This document shows, piece after piece, positions 40,272 through 50,968 of a DNA stretch of 64,000 nucleotides. Positions within the stretch are counted from its first letter, which is position 1, and every line of letters begins with the position of its first letter. A program made the position numbers and the translations under genes. The stretch comes from Promethearchaeota archaeon (GTDB taxonomy: Archaea; Asgardarchaeota; Lokiarchaeia; Sigyniarchaeales; SOKP01), in NCBI GenBank assembly GCA_016840085.1, contig JAEOTA010000004.1, positions 96,001 through 160,000 of the forward strand, given 5' to 3'. The notes under the pieces were generated by a model. The model ran no database searches and was not told where the DNA came from. It saw only the letters and a list, made by a program, of their open reading frames with translations.

Positions 40272-40952
40272 ATGCCAAATCATATTGGAACATTACATGA
40301 AAGTTCTCTTCATGCTGCTTTAAAACAGTGGTATAAAGAACCATTTGATCAACTTGAAATGCCAATTGATAATTTTGTAATAGATATTGTTCGAAATAAC
40401 CTTTTAATTGAGATCCAAACAAAAAATTTTTCAATGATTAGAAGAAAACTTGAAAAATTAATACAAAATCATAAAGTTCGTTTAATATATCCTATTATCC
40501 AAGATAAGTGGATTATAAATATAGATTCACAGTGGAATATAATTCGAAGGAGATTGTCACCAAAGCATTGTACCTATATGAATATTTTTAAGGAATTGAT
40601 TAGAATTCCTAATTTGATTTCTAATCCGAACTTCACAATTGAGGTAATTTTAGTTCAAACAGAAGAAATTCGTAAAAATGATGGTAAAGGAAGTTGGAGA
40701 AGAAATGGTTGGAGTATTTATGATCAGAAATTAGTAAACATATTAGACAGAATGGAATTTTGTAATCCGAATGATTTTCTTATGCTTATACCTAAAAAAC
40801 TGTCTAATCCCTTCACTAATCTTGAATTAGCAAAATGTATCAAAAAACCAATAAGTTTAGCTCGAAAAATGAGCTATTGCTTAAGAAAGATGGAATTACT
40901 TAAAGTTGTCGGTAAGAAGGGAAAAACTTTACTTTTTGAATTTGAAGAATGA
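40272..40952 (+). CDS. PD-(D/E)xK nuclease-like protein with C-terminal wHTH
   Basis: ESSLHAALK...E..IDNFVIDIV...IEIQT; ATG at 40272 preferred as start. Confidence 0.65.
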   Translation: MPNHIGTLHESSLHAALKQWYKEPFDQLEMPIDNFVIDIVRNNLLIEIQTKNFSMIRRKLEKLIQNHKVRLIYPIIQDKWIINIDSQWNIIRRRLSPKHCTYMNIFKELIRIPNLISNPNFTIEVILVQTEEIRKNDGKGSWRRNGWSIYDQKLVNILDRMEFCNPNDFLMLIPKKLSNPFTNLELAKCIKKPISLARKMSYCLRKMELLKVVGKKGKTLLFEFEE

Positions 40953-41097
40953 ATCAAAATCAATTAAATTTTTAGTAAATAACTCAGGAACTTCATATAT
41001 CACTTATAGCAACAATTTTTTAATATTTTTAGTTTAAAAGTAATTATTTAGAAATTGAGAGCGATAAGTATTTTAAGATAATTATCATAGTATAATT

Positions 41098-41646
41098 ATG
41101 CGAGTTTTAGGAATTATCGGTAGTCCACGTGTAGGTGGAAACACCGAAATTTTAGTAAATGAAGTGTTAACTGGAGCTGAAGAAGCTGGTGCATCAACTG
41201 AAAAAGTTTTTTTAAATAAATTGGATATTAAACCATGTCAAGCATGCAATAGTTGTTATAAAACAGGACATTGTGCTCAAAAAGATGATATGGAACCTTT
41301 ACTTGAAAAGATGGAACAAAGTGATTTATGGATCTTAGGAACACCAATATACTGGTGGGGTCCAACAGCACAATTTAAAGCTTTTTTAGATCGATGGTAC
41401 CACCCAAAACACCAGAATTTCAAGGGAAAACATGTTATTATTGTTATACCATTAGGAGGAGGACATGAAAGATATGCTCGCCATACAGTTGGTCTACTCG
41501 AGGATGTCTTAAATTACTTAAGTATAGAATTAGTTGAAACTGTACTTGCTCCTGGTTTTAATCGCCGTGGCGAGGTAAGGAATGACACTGATTTATTAAT
41601 TATTGCTCACAATGCTGGAAAAGACGCAATAGAAAATAGTATTTAA
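41098..41646 (+). CDS. Flavodoxin-like iron-sulfur flavoprotein / NADPH-dependent FMN reductase
   Basis: GSPRVGGNT, PCQACNSC....C, GTPIYW. Confidence 0.9.
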   Translation: MRVLGIIGSPRVGGNTEILVNEVLTGAEEAGASTEKVFLNKLDIKPCQACNSCYKTGHCAQKDDMEPLLEKMEQSDLWILGTPIYWWGPTAQFKAFLDRWYHPKHQNFKGKHVIIVIPLGGGHERYARHTVGLLEDVLNYLSIELVETVLAPGFNRRGEVRNDTDLLIIAHNAGKDAIENSI

Positions 41647-41852
41647 TGTTTTATTAAATCACCAATTGAAAGATAATTACATAAAAATTTTTTATTATGG
41701 GAATAAAGATAGCAAGTGAAAACGATAAACGAAAATTAATTGTGGTATGTTAATTTCATTATAAATTAAGTGAAATAAATTTATATAATAAGATTGAATT
41801 TTTCATCTTTAACATTTAAAATTTCTTATAAACTTATAAGGTTGAATTAAAA

Positions 41853-42290
41853 ATGAGTAAAACTGAAAAAAGAGATTCAAACGAATTATTAAATTTCTTA
41901 ATGATTATAATCGGGCTTCTTTTTATCCTTAAAGCGGTTATGGAATTTTTAGCTTGGGCCGGTATTTATACCCCATCATGGTTGGAAGATCCTGATTTAG
42001 CTGATGCGTTAAGTATTTTTGGCGGGAAGGCTGTAGTTTCAATCCTTTTAGGATTCTGGAGTCTAGTCTCTGGAATTGGTATGTTTAAAGAAGAGGAGTA
42101 TGCAATGGGCATGGGATTAGTGGTGCTAAGTATTATGGCGGCAGCAGGTATCATGGCAATTGTTGGCTGGATTACAACTCCAGGAACTTTTGATGCCGCA
42201 TATTGGCCAAACTATGTTGTAATCGTCGCAACTATCGTGGGTGTTCTAGGATTTTTCTGGTTACTCTTCACATATAGAAGATACGACTAA
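41853..42290 (+). CDS. Hypothetical 4-TM membrane protein
   Basis: Four hydrophobic helices. Confidence 0.75.
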   Translation: MSKTEKRDSNELLNFLMIIIGLLFILKAVMEFLAWAGIYTPSWLEDPDLADALSIFGGKAVVSILLGFWSLVSGIGMFKEEEYAMGMGLVVLSIMAAAGIMAIVGWITTPGTFDAAYWPNYVVIVATIVGVLGFFWLLFTYRRYD

Positions 42291-42426
42291 ATTGAATTTT
42301 TATTCTTTATTTTTAATTAAAATTTTTTTTCTTTTTTTCTCAGAAGAACAATTTTAGAAGAATATTAGATTAAGTATTTATAATATTGGTCTATACTATA
42401 AATAAAGATTTAAAGAGCCTACCAAT

Positions 42427-42834
42427 ATGCTGAGAAGAAAGAAGAAAGAGATTCCTTCCGATAATTTTTGTATAATTTGCGGAAGATATACTAACGATAA
42501 AAAATTTCCTCATGATAATTGGACTAACCAATTTTTCGTGTGTCATACATGTAAAAAAGTTTGGTGTGGATCCTGCATGGGACAAATTACAGGTCACGGT
42601 CCTAGAAAAACTTTTAATCTGGGGAAAAAAGGGAAAGTGTCATGTCCAGATTGCGGAAATTTTGCCGCAATGGTTAAATTACCTGAAAATTTACCGTTTA
42701 AACAAACTAAACCTCAAGAATTAGCTTTAATGAACTCTGAAAAGACTGTAAGTAAAAATTATTGTAAATTTTGCGGTGAAGGCATTCCAGAAAATGCTGA
42801 TTATTGTCAAGTATGTGGTGCCAAACAGAATTAA
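42427..42834 (+). CDS. Multi-zinc-finger / zinc-ribbon protein
   Basis: Six CxxC pairs, including a C-terminal CKFCG..IPENADYCQVCG ribbon. Confidence 0.8.
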   Translation: MLRRKKKEIPSDNFCIICGRYTNDKKFPHDNWTNQFFVCHTCKKVWCGSCMGQITGHGPRKTFNLGKKGKVSCPDCGNFAAMVKLPENLPFKQTKPQELALMNSEKTVSKNYCKFCGEGIPENADYCQVCGAKQN

Positions 42835-43171
42835 AATTATTTTTAAATTTATTATATTATAAATTGAACTCTATTAATGGATAATTAATGCCTTTTTTTT
42901 GAACGATAAATTATAAAGAAAAAGATTCTCCCATTTTTAAAGCTAAGATTTCGATATCCGAACAGGATTCTAGAGTATCTTTAAGAAGTTAATTTCCCTT
43001 CTTCATAAGGAACTTTTCAGGATCTTTTATAATTAGTACACCTGCTATTATGTTTAATCCTGCCATTTTAAACTTATGAAAGATCAATGGAAATATGATA
43101 AAATGGAATAAAACCAGTATTTTTAACTCTGGTTTTTTTATCATGGGGATTTTTTGAAAAATTAAAGGAGA

Positions 43172-43348
43172 TCATCCTTCTTGACAATGGGGACGATAAA
43201 AAACTTGCCCTCTTCCTACTCTAAGTTTCTCTATACCCGAATCACAATCAGAACAAGTCTTTCCTTTCATATTGGATCTCATAGCGGGTACATATTGACA
43301 TTTTTTACCGTACAAATCAACAAACTGATATTTACTCCTTATTCTTAT
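43172..43348 (-). pseudogene. Remnant of the C-terminus of an Fpg/Nei DNA glycosylase
   Basis: FVDLYGKK.QYVPAM..NMKGKTCSDC...IEKL..G.GQVFYRPHCQ is an Fpg-type zinc finger with a Cys-to-Arg change; no start or N-terminal part. Confidence 0.6.
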
Positions 43349-43488
43349 CCGTAAAAATGCCTAAAAAAAGAATAATTAAAAATTTTTTAATTTCATTGAA
43401 AAAACGTAAAAGAGATGGTCATTTTTCCAGTTTATTTTTGATATGTACAGCGATCACAGACACCTTTGTTAAATACATATTTAATATT

Positions 43489-44322
43489 TTAATCTAAGCC
43501 TTCCACATCTAATGGTGCACGTGGCGTAGTCCTGATGTATTTGATTGCTGGATAGCCTAATGTCATCGCTCCTAGCACGAGTCCTTTAATTCCTAATATC
43601 TCTAATATTTCTTCCTTTTTTACAGATATAGCTCCTAAAAGAACGTTCATCCAACAAGTTCCTAAACCAAGACTCTCTGCGGCAAGTCTACCATATGTAA
43701 TAGCGATACCAGTATCAACTCCCCATATAGCATACATAGTATTATTTGGAATTTTTCTTTCTAAATAGAGAATTATAACAATCGGGGCTTTATTAAATAT
43801 ATCTTGTCTACCCATAGAATCAAAATATTTCTTTGCTTGTTCATATGAATTAAATCCCCAATATCGATACATTGTTCTTGATATAACATCACCTAATTCT
43901 TTGATTTTTTCTGGATTGGAAAGAACTTTATATTTCCATAATCTTGCGTTACCAGCACTTGGGGCATATCTCATTGCATTAAATACTTTATCAATTAATT
44001 CTCTTGGAACATCCTTCTTTTTATAATTTCTGGTTGAGCGGTTCATTCTTAATAACTGCAATGTCTTTTCATAAGAGACGATCTGTTCTGAATATGTCTC
44101 TACATCATCTTCCCAGTTAAAATTGCGTTTTATTGCATCTTCAGGACAAGCAGCAATACAATGTCCACAAAAAATACAGCGATCGGTGAGATTTTTATAT
44201 ACAATATTCCCAGATGAATCCTCTTGAAAATACCTTCTATCACATACTTTTAAGCAGATTTTGCATTTTGAACATAATTCTTGATTGATCCCTGCAATTA
44301 ACATAGTTATTATAGAACTCAT
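43489..44322 (-). CDS. Nitroreductase family protein with N-terminal 2x[4Fe-4S] ferredoxin
   Basis: CSKCKICLKVC, CIFCGHCIAACP, RSTRNY, APSAGN, SLGLGTCW. Confidence 0.92.
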   Translation of the reverse strand: MSSIITMLIAGINQELCSKCKICLKVCDRRYFQEDSSGNIVYKNLTDRCIFCGHCIAACPEDAIKRNFNWEDDVETYSEQIVSYEKTLQLLRMNRSTRNYKKKDVPRELIDKVFNAMRYAPSAGNARLWKYKVLSNPEKIKELGDVISRTMYRYWGFNSYEQAKKYFDSMGRQDIFNKAPIVIILYLERKIPNNTMYAIWGVDTGIAITYGRLAAESLGLGTCWMNVLLGAISVKKEEILEILGIKGLVLGAMTLGYPAIKYIRTTPRAPLDVEGLD

Positions 44323-44644
44323 AAGAATATAAAATTATTTTTCAAATTTCTGATTTTTCAAATCAAGGTTTATATAGAAAAAAAGGTATCAAATCTTACT
44401 TAGTCGATAGAGGATATAAATGAAAAGATCAATAAATCTAAATAGTTTTTTTTTTAATTTAGATAAATCCCGATCTGTCAATTATTTATAACACATTAAG
44501 CAATCCGACATAGAGGTTTAATCTCATGTGATGGAGTCTCCTTGTTAAAAAATTCTAAGATTTAGGTTAATAGTTCAATTTCATTAAATTATAATCAATT
44601 AACTATTAAGTCATCAATCCATTATTTTTATAATAATTTAAAAT

Positions 44645-45151
44645 TTGATGACAATGGCTGTAAAAAAAGGAGAATGGATAAAAGTCGAATACATAGGGAC
44701 TTTTGATGATGGGACAATGTTCGATAGTACAAAATTAAACGGAGGGAATCCTTTAAAATTTCAAGCAGGAATGGGACAATTAATTAATGGATTCGATGAC
44801 TCTGTTATAGGTAAAAATCTTAATGAAGAATATGCGATTAGACTTGAACCATCCGAAGCCTATGGTGAATATAAGGAAGATATCACTCAAGAAATTCCAA
44901 AAGATCAATTTCCTAAAGGTCCTGAGCTCCAACCAGGTTTGATGTTGATGATTATGGGACCACAAGGTCCAATGCCTGCCACAATAAAGTCAATTGAAAA
45001 GGATCATGTTGTTATTGATCTAAATCATCCAATGGCAGGTAAGGTTTTAAATTTTAAAGTTAAAATTATTGACACCAATTGTGAGCCTGATCCACCCAAC
45101 ACATGTGATTGTGGGCACGATCATAACCATGAACATGGTGGATGTTGTTAA
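44645..45151 (+). CDS. slyD: FKBP-type peptidyl-prolyl isomerase, SlyD-like, with His/Cys tail
   Basis: VEYIGTFDDG.MFDS, AYGE, DLNHPMAGKVLNF; tail CDCGHDHNHEHGGCC. Confidence 0.92.
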   Translation: MMTMAVKKGEWIKVEYIGTFDDGTMFDSTKLNGGNPLKFQAGMGQLINGFDDSVIGKNLNEEYAIRLEPSEAYGEYKEDITQEIPKDQFPKGPELQPGLMLMIMGPQGPMPATIKSIEKDHVVIDLNHPMAGKVLNFKVKIIDTNCEPDPPNTCDCGHDHNHEHGGCC

Positions 45152-45214
45152 TTTTTTTAGGAATTCAAATTTTTAGCATTACATTTTTTTTGTTTTTTAT
45201 TATTTATTCTGATT

Positions 45215-45547
45215 CTATTCAGGTAAACCTTTAAGGAAATCGTCCATCTTTTGTCTATAATCTCGAAATGCATTTCTACCTTCATTCGTTAGACTAAGGA
45301 GAGTGCGAGTCTTCTTACCAACAAATTCCTTTTTAACATTTACATACCCAGCATCTTCGAGCTTAGTAATATGGGAAGATAAATTTCCCCAAGTCATACC
45401 AGTTTGATTTTTCAAGAAAATAAAATCAGCTCCTTCAACTACATAGAGATAAGACATAATCATCAAGCGAGCAGGCTCATGTATTATCTTATCTATTTCT
45501 ACAGGATAAGGAATATCATCGCTAATTTTTTTTGCGTCCTTAGCCAT
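45215..45547 (-). CDS. Winged-helix transcriptional regulator (ArsR/MarR-like)
   Basis: IHEPARLMIMSYL...TWGNLSSHITKLEDAGYV...LTNEGR. Confidence 0.9.
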   Translation of the reverse strand: MAKDAKKISDDIPYPVEIDKIIHEPARLMIMSYLYVVEGADFIFLKNQTGMTWGNLSSHITKLEDAGYVNVKKEFVGKKTRTLLSLTNEGRNAFRDYRQKMDDFLKGLPE

Positions 45548-46205
45548 CTGTCACCTCCTGTTTTGGTATGTCTTTTGGTAAAGGAAATTGTTTTAAGAAA
45601 CGAATAAAATAAATTAAACCAATTATAAGTATTACTCCTCCAATGCCGCCAAAGATGAGAATAGTATTCAAAGGATTACCTAAGGTCGGTTCTAGTAAGT
45701 AAGTCAAAAACAGTCCTATTCCTAATGAGAAAGCATAATAATATAATCTTGTGAAATCCAAAAAGTATGCTACTACGCAAAAAGGAAACGTGAAAAATCC
45801 AAATCCTAATAAAAGAAATATAATATATTGTTCGATTTGAATATAGCTTGTTATCCCCGAAAAAGGCAGAATGAATAAGATAATGTTTACAATAAATACA
45901 ATAAATAGAAACAATTTCAATTTTTTTTGTTTTGCCTTGCGCTTTGGTCCAAATTTTACAAATCCAATACGTGGGACTGTGATGTATTTTTTACCAAAAT
46001 AGAATATCAGAAAAGCAAGAATATTCACTCCTAAAGCTGGAATAATATCATTCCAAGGATCTGGTATATTGAGAAGTAAGCTAAATAATGGTGCAACTCC
46101 TATACTTAAAATAATCAATGAAAGAAATATGTCCCAAAGACCATCTTCAAAATAACGTTGGTACACTTTTTTCTCGAGTACTTTTAAATCAATATCTTCT
46201 GTCAT
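45540..46205 (-). CDS. 6-TM membrane protein (paralog 3)
   Basis: IDLKVLEKK...EDGLWDI...KKYITVPRIGFVKFG...RLYYYA...RFLKQFPLPK. Confidence 0.8.
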   Translation of the reverse strand: MTEDIDLKVLEKKVYQRYFEDGLWDIFLSLIILSIGVAPLFSLLLNIPDPWNDIIPALGVNILAFLIFYFGKKYITVPRIGFVKFGPKRKAKQKKLKLFLFIVFIVNIILFILPFSGITSYIQIEQYIIFLLLGFGFFTFPFCVVAYFLDFTRLYYYAFSLGIGLFLTYLLEPTLGNPLNTILIFGGIGGVILIIGLIYFIRFLKQFPLPKDIPKQEVTDG

Positions 46206-46208
46206 GAT

Positions 46209-46847
46209 CTATGCCATCTCCTCTTTTAGTAGTGGATATTTTTTAAGAAAACGCACAAAAATTACTAACCCCATAAAAAAAATGATACATCCAATGATTC
46301 CAAATGAGAAAAGCCATCTAATTCTATAATCAGTGGAAGTATAAAATAGTTCATTGATGAAAATAGCAACCCATATTAGCATTCCTATTAAATATAATCT
46401 TGGATATTTAAGTAAATAAGCGATTATAATGAAAATAGGCATAAAAAATAAGCCTATAAGTAATATAAAAATAATTCCTCCTACTTGTATTCCAGAACCT
46501 ATACCTATAAATGGTAAAATAAAGATAATTAATAAAAGTATAAAATGTATTAAAACAACTACGAATATTTTCTTTCTAATAGATCTTAGTGTGGGACCAG
46601 GTTTGGCAAACCCCATTCTTGGTTGTATAATGTATTTAACAACAGTGAAAACTAATATATTAGCTATAATAATAAGGATTAGTGGCCATAGAAAATATTT
46701 ATATGGTGCAGGTAAACTCTCACGGAAAATAGGACCAAACGCCATTCCTCCAACAACAAAACCGATTATCATATCAAAAAAACCGTGTTGGTGAGCTGTT
46801 TTAAGTACGTTTTTCTCAATAGTCTTCAAATCAATATGTTCTGACAT
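46209..46847 (-). CDS. 6-TM membrane protein (paralog 2)
   Basis: IDLKTIEK...GFFDM...IIQPRMGFAKPG...YPRLY...RFLKKYPL. Confidence 0.8.
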   Translation of the reverse strand: MSEHIDLKTIEKNVLKTAHQHGFFDMIIGFVVGGMAFGPIFRESLPAPYKYFLWPLILIIIANILVFTVVKYIIQPRMGFAKPGPTLRSIRKKIFVVVLIHFILLLIIFILPFIGIGSGIQVGGIIFILLIGLFFMPIFIIIAYLLKYPRLYLIGMLIWVAIFINELFYTSTDYRIRWLFSFGIIGCIIFFMGLVIFVRFLKKYPLLKEEMA

Positions 46848-47489
46848 CTATTCAGTCATCTCCTCTTTTGGTAATGGATATTTTCGAATAAATTTAATCA
46901 AAAATACAACTCCTAAGAATATAACAATACCACCTATAGTACCGAAGGTTATTATCGTGTCTAAAGGTTCTGGTATAAAAATTGCTAATAATTCAGACAA
47001 AAAGAAACTTATCCCAAACAAAATCGCGTAAAAATATAATCGGGGATATTGCAAGAAATAAGCAACAAAGAATAAAGGAGCTGTTATAAATAATAAGCCA
47101 ATTATTAATCCATCTAAAATTCCTGGAAACCTAAGTATTGAATCTGGATTTGTAAACCTTATTAAATTAATAATTAATAAAACAATAAAATTGATCGCTA
47201 ATATAATAATAGTCTTTATCTTGCGAACTTTTTGTTGGAATCCAAATTTAACAAATCCAAGTCGAGGTTGGGTAATATACTTTTTCCCTAGAATAAAGAA
47301 GGTTAACCCAATTCCAAGAAAAATTGCTACTATTATAAAATCTAAAGGATCAGGTAAAATATGACTTAAGGTCATGCCCATACCAATTCCTAAAATTACT
47401 ATACCAAAATAAATGTCTAAAATTCCATCTTCAAGTGTAGATCTCCATGTTTTTTTCTCAATTTCCTTTAAATCAATATTTTTTTCTAT
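46848..47489 (-). CDS. 6-TM membrane protein (paralog 1), probable ATA start
   Basis: The frame extends 36 codons beyond the track start to ATA-EKNIDLKEIEKKTWRSTLEDGILDI, matching the paralog N-termini; GGTGA RBS upstream. Confidence 0.75.
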   Translation of the reverse strand: MEKNIDLKEIEKKTWRSTLEDGILDIYFGIVILGIGMGMTLSHILPDPLDFIIVAIFLGIGLTFFILGKKYITQPRLGFVKFGFQQKVRKIKTIIILAINFIVLLIINLIRFTNPDSILRFPGILDGLIIGLLFITAPLFFVAYFLQYPRLYFYAILFGISFFLSELLAIFIPEPLDTIITFGTIGGIVIFLGVVFLIKFIRKYPLPKEEMTE

Positions 47490-47709
47490 TTTTTTTCACC
47501 TTTGAATTAACACTAGGATATTCATTTCAAATACAGCATAAGAAACATTACAAAAGTTGATATAAATATAATGATTATAATGAATCTAATGAGTAAATCC
47601 TTATCCTCTTTTCTCCTCCCTTTCATTTATTTTTTTTTATTCTTTAATTGATAACATATCAGAAAAAAAAAAGAAAAAAAAATGTATATATTTTTCAGCT
47701 TAGATTTTA

Positions 47710-49392
47710 TTATTCCAATTTATTCAATTTTTTCATGCCAACGTACATCAGTGGAATGCCAATACCAAGATTATAGAGAAATACAGGTCCTAATAGAATA
47801 AGTCTAGCTAGCACCATTGAATTTGGATGAAATACAATTAGCAGAAATATAGGCGCAAATATTACAGGTTGCATTATAAGCATTGAAATCATTGCATTTC
47901 CTTTCATATTCGAATCTTTTTCTCCAAAGGCAGGTGATCTACATTGTAGACCTACTGCTTGAAGCATGCAAATTTCCATGTTTGCCAAGAATAGGAAAAA
48001 GAAAATCAAGGTCTCTATAATATCAATAGTAATGAAGAATGAACGTAATACCGTTATGAATATAGTTATAATAATACTAAGTATGAAAATGCTTATTAAG
48101 TAGGAATAGACAGCTCCTTTTATACCTCGTGGTGATCTCTTGTAAACCCAGACGATATCCTTTGAATCTATGAATATAAGATGTCCTAAGATTATGCTTG
48201 CCATTGCCCCTCCTATTATTATTAACATTGATGACCTCATCATTAATGCTCCTACATCCTCATCCATTCTTGACATAAACCAGGTCATAAATCCAAGAAG
48301 ACCAACTACGTAAGCAATTCTAGCAATATTCGACTTTTTCCTGAAAAACCTCTTTAATTGCATGACGGTTAAGCCTCCATATTTACGACCAGATATTTTT
48401 CTTATGAATCTGTACAATATATTTTCAGGTTTAACAATCGTTATGCTACTCTTTTCAATACTACCTTCTAAAGTATAAAAAGATTCAGCTTTTTTATATG
48501 AAATGTATAATGTAGCGACAGGGACGCCAATTGCCAGTAATATATTAATCCATATATTTAAAATGAAGGGTTCAATCAAAGCTGCATCGATACTATATAA
48601 GATAATATTTGAAAACCAAAGAGATGGGTAAAATGCCAACCAATTTTTTAGTTCTGGATGTGCCATTAATTCATTCAGGAAAAATATCACTGCGTACATT
48701 GTTGCTACCATAGCAATTGTTATAATCCATATTAATATCTTCCCTAGCTCCCTTGCTTTTTCGCTTTTAGAAATTTTATGTTCAATCCAACTTACCATAA
48801 TTGAGCCGACTAAATTAGCAAAATATACAAAGCCAAAAATAGTCCCATAAATTATAAGGTATTGAACAAATGTTAAACCAACGATAGGATTTATCATTCC
48901 AATTACAATTGGAGCAAAAATTAAAACAGCTATCGTATAAATAGGAGCCTTTCCTAAAAACTCGCCAAGGAATATATCATTCATTTTAACAGGTGTAGCT
49001 AACAATGTTTCTTTGGATCCTAATTCTTCTTCCCCTTTATATACATTGTTTAAAGGATATACTATCAGTATTAAAAACAATGTCATCATGAAAGACTCGA
49101 TGAGTATTGCGACAACAGGTTTGAAAACATCGGAGAATTGAGCGGCTAATGTTGGTATAAATAAATCAAAAAGAAGGGGAGCAAAGATGAAAGCCCACAA
49201 AGCTAGGATGCCATATAACACAACGAAAAATAATATTCTATGATTTCTAGTCCAACTTGTTCTAAGCCTAATCTCATTCTTAGCAATTACCTTCCATAGA
49301 CTCTTTTCCATAGACTTTGTCTCAATTAATTTGTCCTCCACAATCTCTTTAACAGATGACTCAAATCTTTTTTCAGTTGTTAAAACTGTCAT
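47710..49392 (-). CDS. ABC-2 type exporter permease (duplicated membrane domain)
   Basis: LLATPV...IFLGEFLGK and a second RSPRG repeat; about 12 TMs; ATG at 49392 with GAGG RBS. Confidence 0.8.
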   Translation of the reverse strand: MTVLTTEKRFESSVKEIVEDKLIETKSMEKSLWKVIAKNEIRLRTSWTRNHRILFFVVLYGILALWAFIFAPLLFDLFIPTLAAQFSDVFKPVVAILIESFMMTLFLILIVYPLNNVYKGEEELGSKETLLATPVKMNDIFLGEFLGKAPIYTIAVLIFAPIVIGMINPIVGLTFVQYLIIYGTIFGFVYFANLVGSIMVSWIEHKISKSEKARELGKILIWIITIAMVATMYAVIFFLNELMAHPELKNWLAFYPSLWFSNIILYSIDAALIEPFILNIWINILLAIGVPVATLYISYKKAESFYTLEGSIEKSSITIVKPENILYRFIRKISGRKYGGLTVMQLKRFFRKKSNIARIAYVVGLLGFMTWFMSRMDEDVGALMMRSSMLIIIGGAMASIILGHLIFIDSKDIVWVYKRSPRGIKGAVYSYLISIFILSIIITIFITVLRSFFITIDIIETLIFFFLFLANMEICMLQAVGLQCRSPAFGEKDSNMKGNAMISMLIMQPVIFAPIFLLIVFHPNSMVLARLILLGPVFLYNLGIGIPLMYVGMKKLNKLE

Positions 49393-49399
49393 TTTAAAT

Positions 49400-50239
49400 C
49401 TACCTCGATTTTTTGGTTTTCTTTTTTCTTTTTGTTTGCTCTTTATTGTTATATTCGTAATTATTAGAGTTTCCATTTCTCCAAGCTAATAAATCATCGA
49501 TATGAGACGCCCCAGTAATTTTCAAATATGCATCTTCCAAATCTTTCGCACCAACCGAATCGATTATTTCTCTTGGAGTACCTTCAGCTTTTAATTCACC
49601 ATTAATGATAATACCGATTATATCACAGAGTTCTTCAGCTGTATCGAGAAGGTGGGTGCAAATGAAAACAGTTTTGTCTGCCTTTTTAACAAGTTCCGAG
49701 ATAAGATCTTTTACCATTCTGGCTGCAGCAGGGTCTAAATTTGATGTGGGCTCATCCAAAAAGAGTATATCTGGATCTTGAATCAATGCCGCGCATAAAC
49801 AGACTTTCTGCTTCATACCTCTGGAATAACCTTCTAAAAGATCGTTTTCTCGACCCTCTAAATCAAATATCTCTAATAATTCATCAATACGAGTTGAAAT
49901 CACATTTTTTGGCAAATAATATAACTCTCCGATAAACTCTAAGAATTCTCGTGCTGTGAGTTTAGAATACAAACCAGGTGATTCCGGTAAAAACCCACAA
50001 ATCATCTTTACTTTCTGACTTTCTGCTACAATATCATACCCTCCTACCGATGCATTTCCTGAAGTTTTAGAAATTATAGCATTAAGCATCCTGACAGTTG
50101 TAGTTTTCCCAGCACCATTTGGTCCTAATAACCCATAAGTTTTTCCATAAGGAATTTGTAAATTTAATCTATTCACTGCGTGAATATTACCAAAATTCTT
50201 GCTAAGATTTTGAGCCTTAATTGCGTATGCTTTACTCAT
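49400..50239 (-). CDS. ABC transporter ATP-binding protein
   Basis: GPNGAGKTT, YSRGMKQK, FLDEPT, CTH. Confidence 0.95.
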   Translation of the reverse strand: MSKAYAIKAQNLSKNFGNIHAVNRLNLQIPYGKTYGLLGPNGAGKTTTVRMLNAIISKTSGNASVGGYDIVAESQKVKMICGFLPESPGLYSKLTAREFLEFIGELYYLPKNVISTRIDELLEIFDLEGRENDLLEGYSRGMKQKVCLCAALIQDPDILFLDEPTSNLDPAAARMVKDLISELVKKADKTVFICTHLLDTAEELCDIIGIIINGELKAEGTPREIIDSVGAKDLEDAYLKITGASHIDDLLAWRNGNSNNYEYNNKEQTKRKKKTKKSR

Positions 50240-50281
50240 ATTTTTTTACCTCTTTTTTTTTTGTTTTTCTAAATTTTTGTA

Positions 50282-50497
50282 TTATTTTTTTTTTAGATTA
50301 TGATTAAAATTTTGATTTTTTTCTTTAGAATATATAATTAAATATGTTAAATTTGTAGTAAGAGAAAGCCCAGTAAAAAGACCTTCAAAAAAATCCATGA
50401 TTGGCAATTCTAAATTAATTATTCTTAATATCAACATAATTACGAGTGAAAACGTGCCGATGGCAAGCATGATTTCTTTTCGTCCTTTAACCAGCAT
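50282..50497 (-). CDS. Small 2-TM membrane protein
   Basis: Two hydrophobic helices; coupled to the upstream ORF. Confidence 0.6.
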   Translation of the reverse strand: MLVKGRKEIMLAIGTFSLVIMLILRIINLELPIMDFFEGLFTGLSLTTNLTYLIIYSKEKNQNFNHNLKKK

Positions 50498-50498
50498 T

Positions 50499-50735
50499 TT
50501 ATTGTACCTCCTCCATTTGTCTTTTTAATTCCTTTTGTCTCATTTTTTCATCTAATCTTTTCTGAGAGATAATAGGAATACATATTACAGCCCAACTTGG
50601 GATAAAAATAACAAACGGAAAATCCGGGTCAATAATTCCAGCAATAATAGCTATAAGATATATGACACTCGACAATACAGCTATTATAATTATGGCTAAT
50701 ATCAGCCTTTCATATTTATCCATATTTTTCATCAC
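50499..50735 (-). CDS. Small 2-TM membrane protein
   Basis: Two hydrophobic helices; AGGAG RBS. Confidence 0.6.
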   Translation of the reverse strand: MMKNMDKYERLILAIIIIAVLSSVIYLIAIIAGIIDPDFPFVIFIPSWAVICIPIISQKRLDEKMRQKELKRQMEEVQ

Positions 50736-50847
50736 TCCTTTTATTTAAACCTAAATTGAACTAATCCATATATTTTTAAATTTTATTATTTTGGTTCCTT
50801 TGGGGCTTTCCTGAGCCCCAATATTAAAATAGGTTACTTAGTATTTA

Positions 50848-50899
50848 AACTTTGCGATACAAAGTTGTGCCTATAACAAAGTAAAATTCAATACAAAGT
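50848..50899. promoter_or_regulatory. Operator: AACTTTG-N5-CAAAGTT palindrome plus ACAAAGT repeats
   Basis: Perfect inverted repeat at 50848-50866; ACAAAGT at 50859, 50876 and 50893 (17-bp period). Confidence 0.65.
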
Positions 50900-50968
50900 A
50901 TAATAATTTCATTTTAAATCAACAAATTTACCATTAAACCTTAATTTTAGATTTAATTATTTTATAAT

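Noticed and set aside
44500-44560. Fluoride riboswitch-like GTGATGGAGTCTCC
   Set aside because: The pairing partner and the downstream conserved motif were not found, and the downstream gene is a PPIase.
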